Shown: positions 49,790-61,175 of the stretch, one piece after another
Layout of the letters: the number at the start of each line of letters is the position of its first letter
How positions within the stretch are numbered: position 1 is the stretch's first letter
DNA from: Azolla caroliniana
Lineage: Eukaryota > Plantae > Polypodiophyta
Assembly: GCA_043228905.1 (NCBI GenBank)
Contig: JBHGNT010000004.1
Coordinates: 496,001 to 560,000 of the forward strand
Reading direction: 5' to 3'
Length of the DNA stretch: 64,000 nt
The notes under the pieces: generated by a model
Told to the model about the DNA's origin: nothing
Seen by the model: the letters and a program-made list of their open reading frames with translations, nothing else
Database searches by the model: none
Program-made: the position numbers and the translations under genes

Positions 49790-52700
49790 CAACTAACCGT
49801 CATGCGTAATCAATCGGGTCCCAATTAAGGTGTTCCACTAGCTTACTTTGAAATGACCATAGTTGTCGTGCGTGGTCTACCAAAAAGGGGTTAGGATCTA
49901 GGAAAATCTTCTTCTCTAACCTAGCAATGACCCTAATGGGTTTTTGGGAGGTTAGTTGCATAACTTCGGCTTCTTCTTCCACTAAATATAAAAGACCAAC
50001 ATCTCCAACCTCATAAAATCTTATTCTACCCTCATCAGTGTAAGCCCTGGCACCTATTAAAATGCCCAAAGGTGAGAAAAGATTGTACCATGTATAATTA
50101 TTATGTAAGGTAATTTGCCTTTGACAATTCTGAAAAGCCTATTGAATCTAAACGGACATCAAACATCCCCCAGTAAAGAAGACAAGAATTGTTTTTGGTC
50201 CTCATTTGAGAGAAATTGAAAACGCTCCCAATAAGCCACACTTGTAGCTGTACCCGAGTCCATTTTACCCCATGATAAATGCAGCCTAATACCTAAAACA
50301 CAACTAGAGCTATCAGTAAACAAAGGATTCCATAACAATGGTTGTCTTAGAAATTGGGCTTCTGTTGATGGTAGTTGAAATAATAGAACCTCTCTAATGT
50401 CCTTCCATACCCTCAAAATACCTGTAAAAAATCTTCTAGAACCAACATTTTGAGAATTAATTGGAAATTCGGAATTAAACAACCATCTACAACTATCTTG
50501 CCACCGTCCTCCTAAGGTAGGCTTAATGTTACCAATATCTAACAACCATAACTTTTTCCACAACTCATCCCTAGGCATAAATCCTCTCACAACATGCTTC
50601 GCAAGAAGAGCCTTACTCTGGAGCATAGGATCTATTAAGCCCAGTCCACCTTCACTTATTGGCCGGATTAAAACCGACCAAGCAACTTTTGCAACAGCCC
50701 TTGATCCTAGCGAAGCACCCCAAATAAAATTACGAACTAAGCGTTGTAATTTCAATATAATATAACGTGAAAATAACTACGTTGACGCAATATACCACAT
50801 TGATGCAAACAAAACAGAGTTTGCCACAACTACCCTTCCAGGTAAAGACAATTTAGTTGTATCCCAAAATAACAATTTATTTCTAACTCGTAATAAAAGG
50901 GGTGTTACCATATCTTCTGCTGACAATTCTAGCCCTACTTGACAACCCAAATACCTTACTGTTATACCTCGAGGCACCCAAATAAAACCTGGAGTTGGCA
51001 CATCTTGTGGAGGAGAGGAAGACGCGATCCAAAATCCCATAGACTTGTCCCAATTAATCAAAGCTCCTGAAGCATCACAAAAACATGTTAGTGCTTGTTG
51101 AAGATTCAAAACATTCTCCTTTTTTGCAAAAACATATAAAGCGGTGTCATCAGCAAATTCTGAATCAACAGTCATGGTTGCATATCCTTGTATAGGTAAG
51201 GTTATACCAGGATTATCTACATCCCTACTCCTAAGGTAATCAAAAAAAGTTTCAGAGACTAAAATAAACAAAAAGAGAGCTAGTGGATACCCTTATCTTA
51301 TTGATCTCGAAATTGAAAATCTACATCCAACATCACCTGTAAACAAAAGAGAACTATGAGCGGTCCTTTACAAAGCTACAACAACCCTAATCTATTGCAT
51401 TGGAAAGCCCATTCGCTGTAATGTCCCTTCCATGAAATCCCAATCCACTTTGTCATAGACCTTCTCGAAATCTAAAAACAAAATAGCCAAATCTTGTTGT
51501 TGTTGCTCTACCATAGCCACCATTTCCCAAAACAAAAAAATGTTATAAAAATTACTTCTCTCTTGAGCAAAACCCATATGGGAATCATGAATTAGTTGAG
51601 GTAAAAAAGGTTGCACCCTCCTTGCTATTGTTTTAGCTAAAATCTTATACACAACATTAAGTAGTGTTATAGGCCTCCATTTTCAAATATCATCCAAAGG
51701 GCCGCCCCCCTTCGGAATCAAATATATTAGGCCTTCTGTCCATTCTTGAGGCATATAACCATGGTCAAGAATTTGTTGGTAGGCAAAAGTCAAAACATTA
51801 CAAATCATATCCCAATACTCTATATACCATGAAACCCCCATCCCGTCAACACATGGACAAACATCCTTACCTAAAGCCTTTGTTGCTAACAAAACTTCAT
51901 TGTTATTGTTTTAGCTAAAATCTTATACACAACATTAACATTAAGTAGTGTTATAGGCCTCCATTTTCAAATATCATCCAAAGGGTCGTCCCCCTTCGGA
52001 ATCAAATATATTAGGCCTTCTGTCCATTCCTGAGGCATATAACCATGGTCAAGAATTTGTTGGTAGGCAAAAGTCAAAACATTACCAATCATATCCCAAT
52101 ACTCTATATACCATGAAACCCCCATCCTATCAACACCTGGACAAACATCCTTACCTAAAGCCTTTGCTGCTAACAAAACTTTAGAAGGTTGCAACAGAGC
52201 AAGCAAAGAAATTTGCATTTCAAATGAAACTCAATTAGAGACCGAAGCCCAAACAACATCCCTCTTAATCACATTATTTCTTGAAATTGGAACTGTTGTC
52301 AACAAATGACTATAAAAAGATGATGTTATGTCCCTCATCTCCATCACATTCGATGTAAAAGACCCATCAACGCGTCTCATACTCGTCGATTGAGACTTAT
52401 GTGATTTAATGCGATGAGGTTGAAAAAACCCTTTGCAAACTGTATCAACTTGTCTAGTCCATCTTGTAAAGGATTTATGATACCAAAAATCTGACGTTTG
52501 TAATTGCAATATTTCTTGTGGCTAAATCTACAGACCTAGGCCACCTTTGCCAAAGCTCGTTTATATCTTCCAATCTTGGAATCATAATCAAGGTACAAAG
52601 CTTTCGCTTTAGTTTGAAAAAATTCTTGAATTTCTTTCAACGCATGCACCACATTAATCAAGATAACATCGGATTCCGCATCATAATGATATTGAGACCA

Positions 52701-55130
52701 AATACTTTGAACAAAATGTTTACAATCATCTCTAAGAAAAACAGAGTTAGGGATTCTAAATCTACTAGCCCTTCTTGTCGATGATAAAGAGAATTTTAAC
52801 TTAAGAGGTGAATGATCAGAAAAAGAACAACCAGGTAAAATTCCTAATTGACCACCTCTTGTCCACATAAAAGCATTCCCATAAAACCTATCCAAACGAG
52901 AAAGGTTGACCCCTGCCAATATCCTGTCAGATCTTGAAAAAGATAAAGATTATGGTATTCTATTAAAGGATTGCATTGACCAAAGATCAACCAATTGTAG
53001 TCACATACATAGACTTTCCCGCTCCCTAAATTCTGACCCAGACATAATGCGTAAACTACCACCTTGCCTATCTTGCACATCCTCTAACATATTAAAATCC
53101 CCAACTAATGCCCAATGGTCAATCTGAGGTATTTGTAATAGAATTTCAGACCAAAAATGAGACCTCGGTGCGTAAAGGTTAAGCAAACCCCACTTAATCT
53201 CTCTTATTTGAAAAACAATATATTGTGCTCTTTTATTTGCTAATGATCCAGACATACTTACATGTGAAGCCCAAATATGTGAAACCGCAATACATAAACC
53301 CCCCTAGGTATCATTCGGTCCAAAAGCCGGCAACCAGAATTGTTGCCATCTCCCGGGGAGAAGATTCCCATATTTTAAGAGGCGTTGTTCCCCTAAATGA
53401 TGCTCCTGAATAATGAGCACATCTATTGGTCCTACATAAGGCCTTTTTAACTCTTGTCTAAAAACCCCTCTGATTCTTTGAAACCGACTACCTCCTAATC
53501 CTTGCACATTCCATGAGATTATATTTAGAACATCCATTAATAAAGAACTAGGTATTATGGAATTGTCCTTTTTCCAGCCAAAACTTCTCCTCTACGTTTT
53601 CCTTCCCCAACAACTCGTAATTTTCTTCTAGTTTTCATCATATCTTTACCGGAGTATTTATGTGCACGGATTGGCTTTGCTTTTTCCAATGTCATAGTAT
53701 CATCTGGAACCAAAGTTACTGCCGAAAAGGAAAAATCATTAATGTCTTGAGAAACCATCTTTTCACTACGGAGAGAGACTTTTGTTTTGATGGATCCTCC
53801 TCATAGATTACTAAAGATAACTCCTTTTCACAATCCATGGCAATCCCCGAGAAGTCAATTTGTCGCACCTTGTCCTGAGGCACCGGGTCAGGCAAGGATT
53901 GAATGATATGCTTCCCTTTATCCCCCAAATGATTACCATTAAATTGCCCCATAGACGGACCCTCAAACTTATGATGTCTATCCTTACTTTCTTTAATAGT
54001 CAAGGCTTCATGATCCTACTTCGAGGTTGCTGGATTCTGTATTTCAACAACTTTATTCTTCTCTCGTACAATATTTTGCAAGGATATATTCCTATCTTCA
54101 TCGTTATTCAAAGTATTGTATGGATTACCATCGAACAAAACTATAGAATTGACTAGTGAGTTAAATTGTTTAAAAGTATGTTTAGCTGCTACTGGAGTCC
54201 AGTCGGATCTCCCCATCTTAGCAGTCGACTTAGGGGCCTCCTTTGATCGATAATGTTTCCAAGGACAATCCTTCCCTAAATGCCCAAAATGACTACATAT
54301 AAAACATTGATCCGGAAGCCCTTGATACACAATCCTTTGGGGAAATGGCTCTTTATTTTCTTGCAAATTTGGCAGCAAAATTAAAGATGGTAAAACGTTA
54401 TTTCAGGGGGTTAAAATCCTCACCGCTCGTGCTCATCTTCTTGTGAAGCCTCATCTTTAGTCACTATTACAGTACCTAAAAGAGAAACTATTTGGGCTAA
54501 TACTTGATGCCATTCTTTCTTCAATCCTGGAAAAACGGCCGTAAAGATCATATGGGCTTCTTTGTGCTGCAAAATCTCATCTGCAACCACATTATGAGTC
54601 CACCTATAGAAAGATATCCAATTGCCCTGCAATGGTGTATGTTTGATCTTCAACAAACGATCAATTGAAGAACAATCGGAAAACTCCAAATAATAACATC
54701 CTTTGCCCATGAATTGGATGTCCACAACAGTGTTGGTTTCTTCTGGGAAGGAAGCGTACAACATTCGACACAACTCAGGCCTATTTGGCCTTGATCCTTC
54801 CATATGAGCTACCAGAGAAACCTCTTGTAGTCATTGTACTTCTGCCAACACAATATTCTTATCATTATCTGACAAGGAGAGTGAGACGACCTTACCTGAA
54901 ATATGGGGAAAGGTAGAAGGTTGATTGAGGGGAGGTGCACCAGAACCCCCTCTGTGCGTCGAATCAGGTATTAGTCGTTGTTCTGCCATCGCTCCTCGTT
55001 CTCTGTTCATGCTCCTCGCTCTCTGTTCACTATCGAGAGTGGTTAGGACTATATTTCTATATTCCCTTGAATTGTCACACAAGGGTTTTTTTGTCCCAAC
55101 AATGGTTTATATTATGTCTAAAGTGATTTA
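49790..55130 (-). mobile_element. L1-like LINE, decayed: ORF1 (CCHC knuckle) and ORF2 (APE endonuclease, RT); 3' end cut by Copia
   Basis: ORF1 pieces 55082-54016 include CFICSHFGHLGKDC. ORF2 from 53537 has ISWNVQGL, IIQEHH, VGDFN, SRLDRFY, SDHSP, LDFEKVYDKVDW, FADD, VRYLG and KVAW...EGGLGL. Confidence 0.92.
51628..52182. repeat. Tandem duplication of about 280 bp inside the LINE RT
   Basis: TTGTTTTAGCTAAAATCTTATAC...GCTAACAAAACTT occurs twice; ORFs 51683-51892 and 51967-52218 encode near-identical peptides. Confidence 0.92.
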
Positions 55131-55139
55131 AAGGATACA

Positions 55140-56900
55140 TGAACACTTCCAAATATTCTTAACAACTTCATCATGGATTTTTACCTTTTTCAACTGCTCT
55201 GCTACCACAGACATTCATTAGTGCACCACATTCTACATACATATCTACCATAACATTGTTAAGTACAGTACATCATGTTTTTCTAGCAGTCCCTTGTCGA
55301 TGATCTCCTCATGAACTTCCTTTCCCTCATCACATGTTTGTACATGGCCACATGTCTCATGTCAGTGGAGGAAATACCCTGAGAGGTGGTTGATACCTTT
55401 ATTGTATACAACCATTAAACATGAAGAAGACATTAAGCCTTTCCCATCTCTTCTTAAAAACCTCTTGCTTTCAAAAGACTACATTTGAATCACCCTTGAT
55501 AGCATCGTATTCTCCTTTTAATGCATGCATCAAAGTCAGCCAAATCTCCTTGATTGCATCCACAACATTCTATTGAATTTCCTGAAATATCCTTCGACAT
55601 CCACTAGTCCACAAAACCCATAAGACTACTAAACTAATCATCTCCCAAACCACACCATCCTATATTGAATTAATAGACATACCTAATGACACTTCCTCAA
55701 CATATTGACCTCTTGTATACAATGCAAAGTTAACCTTTTCTTTTTCATAATCTTGTAGGTCACCCTTAATATTTGCCCACATCATTGTCCCCCATCTATA
55801 TACTCAAGAGCCATATACCTCATGCAAGACACGCAAAAACCTTTTCCAAACCAATTGAGTTGTCATACCTGACTAGAATAGATGATGAAGAGACCCCATC
55901 TCTAACCCACAGAAATCACACATCTTATCCATATCCTTACAATACATCCAAACCAAGAAAGAACCCCATAATGACCAAGCAAGCATCTAAATAAAATAAT
56001 ATTCTTTGGGAGCCGCATGACCTATAGCCATTTCCAAAATGTTCCCTACGAGGAGGTTCAACATTATAACTCAACCATGTCTTAGCTGTTGTGGGCCACT
56101 GGGCCACCCTATGCTTTATCATTTCCCTTCCCGAAAATGTTGCCATGCGAGTAGGTTCAACATTATAACCCAACCATGTATTAGCTGTTGTGGGCCATTG
56201 GGCCACCCTACACCTTATCATTTCCCTTCCCAATCGAACCGAATATTGAAAAAATGGAATTGGTTGAACATCCTCCTGAAAATACGATGTAGGTAACCAT
56301 GCTCATTACCTTAGATCCCATGCCAATTCACATAATGGTTTTTTCCCCACTACCTATAAATCCCACAATGGATGAACAACATTAGGATCCAGATCTTAAC
56401 CACCTTAGTTAGAATTCTAACAAGTTTTAATATACCCTCAACTAAACATTCATCTTCTAAGGGGATCGTCCCTAATTGTCCATCCCGTAGCACATCATAA
56501 CTTAAGAAATCATCATTATCTCTAAGGCCTTAGACTCCAAGTAGCGTATAGAAATTCGAGAATAATCTCACCCACTTATGAGAATTAGAAAGTAGATTAG
56601 CGAGCAAGGGTAACCACAACTTCTTTAACTCATCAACTATCAACTTGCCTCCTTATTCCGCCATACTCCTATTGCATAATATGATTAGGATTGTGAACAA
56701 AACATTGCCACGTACTTAGAGCTGAATCAACTTAAGCCTAATTTAATCTGACTCTCCTCCCCAACATAGATCATTCATCATCTAGAAATAAAGGGTTCCA
56801 AATCAAGGGTTGATATAACCATTTATCCATCGAAGTAAGACGAACTTGATGCAAATTAGCCTTTATTCCTAAAAGTAACCATGATATATAGTCTCAACCA
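55140..56900 (-). pseudogene. Heavily decayed retroelement remnants (Gypsy pol-like pieces and a LINE 3' piece), including a 99-bp tandem duplication at 56049-56232
   Basis: Minus-strand fragments such as VQTCDE (about 55335) and YQPLIWNPLFLD (about 56790, compare RQPLLWNPLFTD in the adjacent LINE). The duplication is directly visible. Confidence 0.45.
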
Positions 56901-57239
56901 AGGCCTAAATTTGACGGGTCAGTATTAAAGTTTTTTTATGGGCATTTATTAAAGATATATGACATATGACATAAGAGTGCAAAAACTAACATGTCATTTG
57001 ACATACAAATTTTAAAAATGAAAAGCTCTATATAATGCTACATTGTTATAAACTTATACATTTATGATTTCCTTACTATAAAAAGTACGTAAAGATACAC
57101 AAATCACCATAACTACCTCACAAAGATAATGAAATACATAAAATAAATATTGTGTTAATGTTTTTTAAGCCAAAGCACAAACAAGCTATGTAGATAATGA
57201 AATACATCAAATAAATATCGTGTTAATGTTTTTTAAGGC

Positions 57240-58066
57240 ATGATCCTTACGCGGGGCAAGGAAGCAAACCCATCTCGTTCTTCCAATTCACAACTAGATT
57301 GGGTCGCCACATTCTAGCTGCTCAAACCGCCCGAGAGCCGGCTGATGCAAGTGTTTGGCACACATTTCAAGTTCCTCACACAATTATCACCAAATTTTGG
57401 TAGAAAATCTGGAAACAACAACACGCGAGACGAATTACCACGTTCCAATGGTTATTAATACATAAGTCCCTACCAGTGGGAGCATGCCAACGTGGGAACC
57501 TTAGCTCTCGTAATTGTGTAGAGTGCCCAAATGTAGTAGAATCAATACGACACGCTCTGTGGGACTGCCCAGCGTCCCATCAAATATGGCGGGGGGTTGG
57601 CCGCTTGTTGCAATTATGCCAGGTGCAAGGCTCAATCAAGTGGGGAAATATATGTTGGCTATCATGGCAGACCCCAGTTGGTAGATATAAGCATCAGGAG
57701 GAGGGGATGACTTTAGTGATAAAAGCACAAGAGGTTTTTTTCTCCACCAGCGTGTCCACTCAACTCCTCATAATGACAAATCTCAAGTTGTGTTGGAATT
57801 GGTCAGCCCAATAACTCTTTGGATTCTATGGAAACAACGGTGTAGACAGGTCTTCTCCAACCAAACCGCGCATCCAACTTCAATGGAGTTGAAAGACAAC
57901 GAATAGCCTCATCCAACAATGGTCGTCCTCTCCCTTTCTTGAGTCAGTGGGCATCCACATAAGATGGAACTATCGCATCCCTACAGGGATTTGTACATAA
58001 TAGTCTCATTTGTAAAATTTTATAACTAATGGAATGAGTTTTTTTGGGGGGGAGGAAACAAACAAA
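57240..58066 (+). mobile_element. 5'-truncated LINE 3' fragment (zf-RVT-like CVECPNVVESIRHALWDC)
   Basis: Cys/His motif typical of the LINE ORF2 C-terminus; homologous to 35141-35800; (AAAC)n tail. Confidence 0.78.
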
Positions 58067-58789
58067 CAAGCTATGTAGACAATGAAATACACAAAATTGA
58101 TATCGTGTTAATGTTTTCTAATGTCATTTTTTATGATATTTTGATGTGAAAAGCGGTGTTCACATGCAGATGTACTAATAGGAATAGTCATACATAGTCT
58201 CTACAATTGCATCATACCCGGAAATAATTGCTAAGATTGTGATTTTAAGTGATAATCAAGTGCTACAAATAGTATTAGAAAGGGAGATTTTTAAGAAGAG
58301 ATGGGAGCGGGGAACTATTAGGACACTGCTTCTCCATCTTGGTCACAAACAAAGTTAACAGAGTTGAAGTCATTGTGGACCACACTTGCAAGTCTAACAT
58401 GGCAGATATGGAAGCATTGTTGTTGTAGGATCTTCTAAGGAAAGATCTTGTAGAGGTAATCATGGAACTTTGGGATCACCTCATCACCTTCCTTCGTGGT
58501 TCATATGAAGATATTCAAGGTGAAACGGACTCGGCATCCAAGGCACGAGCAACCTTCATTTTGAAATGGAGTGGAACGCCGATACGGAGATTGCATGGCG
58601 GCAATATACAATGGTGATATCTCCCGCCAAAATGGCTCTTCCCACCAAGGACTCCCCCCATCGTCCCTGAATTGTAGAAGGATCACTTTACACTTCACAT
58701 TTTTAGAGTTAATTGAAGCCACAAAGCTCTATATGAGGCCTCACTCTTGTACATATGATACCTCATGTATTTCTTCCTAACTAATGTCA

Positions 58790-58859
58790 TGATATGGCAA
58801 GATTCGAACCCATGACCTTATGCTACATGGGTCGAACTCTTGACCATTAGACTATACAT
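58790..58859 (-). other. Degenerate tRNA-like sequence (SINE head or tRNA pseudogene)
   Basis: The minus strand reads GTATAGTCTAATGGTCAAG...ATGGGTTCGAATCTTG, giving Pol III A-box (TAGTCTAATGG) and B-box (GGTTCGAATC) at tRNA spacing. The stems pair poorly. Confidence 0.45.
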
Positions 58860-59289
58860 TGTAATACGTAGAATATTATTTTCATTTATGTTTTATGATA
58901 GAAAATTGATGTATATTCCAAATTTCTCTAGAACATTCTAGAAACTTCAGGAGTATTCCTTAGAACACTATAAAAGGAGGCACAAGGCATTATTTCGAAC
59001 CAAATCGGTTCAACACCAGTCTTAAGCCTCCTAGCTACTGTACATTTTCTTCACATAATATATATCTTTTCTTATCATCACTCTCTCTCTCTCTCTCGAT
59101 CTCTCTCTCCCTCCCTCTCACTCACTCTTTCCTTCTCTCGAGAGTTCTTCACCTCTGTTAGTACTAATACTTCTTTTAGTACTAATTCCTTCTCTGTCTT
59201 AGTACTGTTTCTGACAGTTTGAACCAATTTTCCTACCTTCTGTCTCTCTCATTTCCTACTAATCTCTTATTCCTTTTTTCTTTCATCCC

Positions 59290-60441
59290 ATGGCCACTGT
59301 TAGCGCTGAAGAATATCAATCTGTTTTTTCGGAATTTCAATGCTTGAAAGAGAAGTTCCATGCTTTGGAACAAGAAAACCAACGGTTGTTGGGGGATCTT
59401 CAACAAATCTCCTTAGAAAAGCAACAAACGCAACAATAGCATGGGGAACTTGCGTTACGCGTGCAACAACTCGAAGCCACCATCATAGTGATGCAACAAC
59501 AAGGGCCTGGAACACAAGGGATTCATAAAGAACCCAAGATTGGCCTTCCCACAAAGTTCGATGGAACGCGATCGCAGTTTAGAGGGTTCCTTAACCAGGT
59601 ACGATTAGTTATTCAAATGCATCCTTCCCAATATCCCACCGATGCATCACGAGTGGGTTTAGTAGGCACTTTGTTAAGTGGCTCAGTGTTGGCATGGTTC
59701 ACTCCACTATTAGAAAAGGAATCTCCGTTACTCAACAATTTTGAAGAGTTTCTAGGTGAGTTTAAAGCATGTTTCAGAGATACTGACAGCATCAGGACCG
59801 CAATCAACAAAATTCGGCGATTACGCCAAGGTGACCGTCCAGCCTCTGCATACGCTGCAGATTTTCGCCTACTCGCCACCGATATCCCTTGGGATGATCA
59901 AGCGTTGATGGAGCAATTCCGTTATGGTTTACGCAACGACGTCAAGGATTTACTCTTGACCTTCCCCGAAGAGCCAAAGTCCTTAACAGAAGCAATCAGT
60001 CGCGCGGTGAGATGTGACAACCGCCTCTTTGAGCGACGTTCGAAACGACAGCTACAAATGCCGAGGGCAAGATCAGAGCCCACCTACGCCTCAATGGTAT
60101 CAAGACCTTTTCCGAGGGAGTCATATAATGCGCCTCCAGCAAATACTCCAACTCCGATGGAGATTGACACTACACGTCGTCGAGGGCCATTATCCGAAGA
60201 AGAAAAGCAGCGACGCCGTACAAATCGACTATGTCTTTACTGCGGTGGACCAGGACATATTGCAATAAATTGCCCCCATAGGCCAAGAAGACAGGTAAAC
60301 CAAATAGTCGCTAGTTCTAATTGTACTAAACCCGAGCCTATTTCAGTAGGGATATCTGATAGTCCTAATAGTACTAATAGCCCAGATCTAGCGAACAGAT
60401 TTGATGTCCTTAGTCAATTAGAAGAAGAGTTAAACGACTAA
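59290..60441 (+). pseudogene. Gag of the Tcn1-like element (one premature TAG at 59437)
   Basis: ATG 59290 is in frame with ORF 59461-60441; a single TAG, probably from CAG, interrupts it. PEG10/sushi-type capsid and CCHC knuckle. Confidence 0.85.
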
Positions 60442-61175
60442 GTCCAGCCAAAATAGGAGCCATTTGGTTGGACAGCCCTAGATCTGTGCAGCCCATTAGT
60501 GGTTCCATTCCCTCTAAGCAAGTTAGTGATGTGTTCGTAGCCCAAGTAATAGTTAGTACTAAAAGTACCCCCCCAATACATGTCCTAGCACTCCTAGATT
60601 CCGGAGCTAACTCTTCCTTTATGGATAAGAAATTTGCTCAAGCTCATAAGATATCCCTAAGAAAACTCCAGTGTCCAGCCTCTTTAGTAGTCATTGATGG
60701 ACGTCCCATTGCTTCCGGAAATATCATAGAAGAATCAGAGCCCATTAATATTGTCCTAGATAACTTAGCATGTGTAGTATCATTTAATATTATTAGTATC
60801 CCAGAACATCCCATAGTTTTAGGATTATCGTGGTTCGAGTTCCATAACCCAGACATAGATTGGAGAACAAGAGAAATCCAGTGTCGACAAACCCAAGGGT
60901 CAACTCAGAAGATGGCAACCATTTTGCTATGTCAGTTGCGTAAAGAAGGGTGCAAGGAAGAAATGTTCCTCTTTGCAATATCAGTAAACCCCTCCAGCAC
61001 CACTAAAGAAGAATCCACCGTTCAACTTCCCGAGAAGTATCGTCATTACGTCGATGTGTTCGATAAAGTACAAGCCAACACACTTCCTCATCATCGACCG
61101 TACGATTGCCCCATCGATTTACAACCGGGAAAAGAGCCGCCATGGGGACCGATCTACAATTTGTCACTAACCGAG
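60435..61175 (+). CDS. Pol N-terminus (aspartic protease) in the -1 frame relative to gag, truncated by insertion
   Basis: Open from the slippery site through LLDSGANSSFMD and IVLGLSWF to IYNLSLTE. Confidence 0.8.

Larger units (their letters stand above)
58860..61175 (+). mobile_element. Tcn1/Tf1-sushi-like Ty3/Gypsy element (5' LTR, gag, protease, start of RT), interrupted by Gypsy copy B
   Basis: Putative LTR 58860-59216 (TGTAA...TGACA, TATAAAA at 58969). Gag has PTKFDGTRSQFRGF and CLYCGGPGHIAINC; protease has ALLDSGA; pre-RT motif LPHHRPYDCPIDLQPGKEPPWGPIYNLS. Confidence 0.9.

Noticed and set aside
58790-58859. Functional tRNA gene
   Set aside because: A and B boxes are present but the acceptor, anticodon and T stems do not pair well; kept only as tRNA-like.
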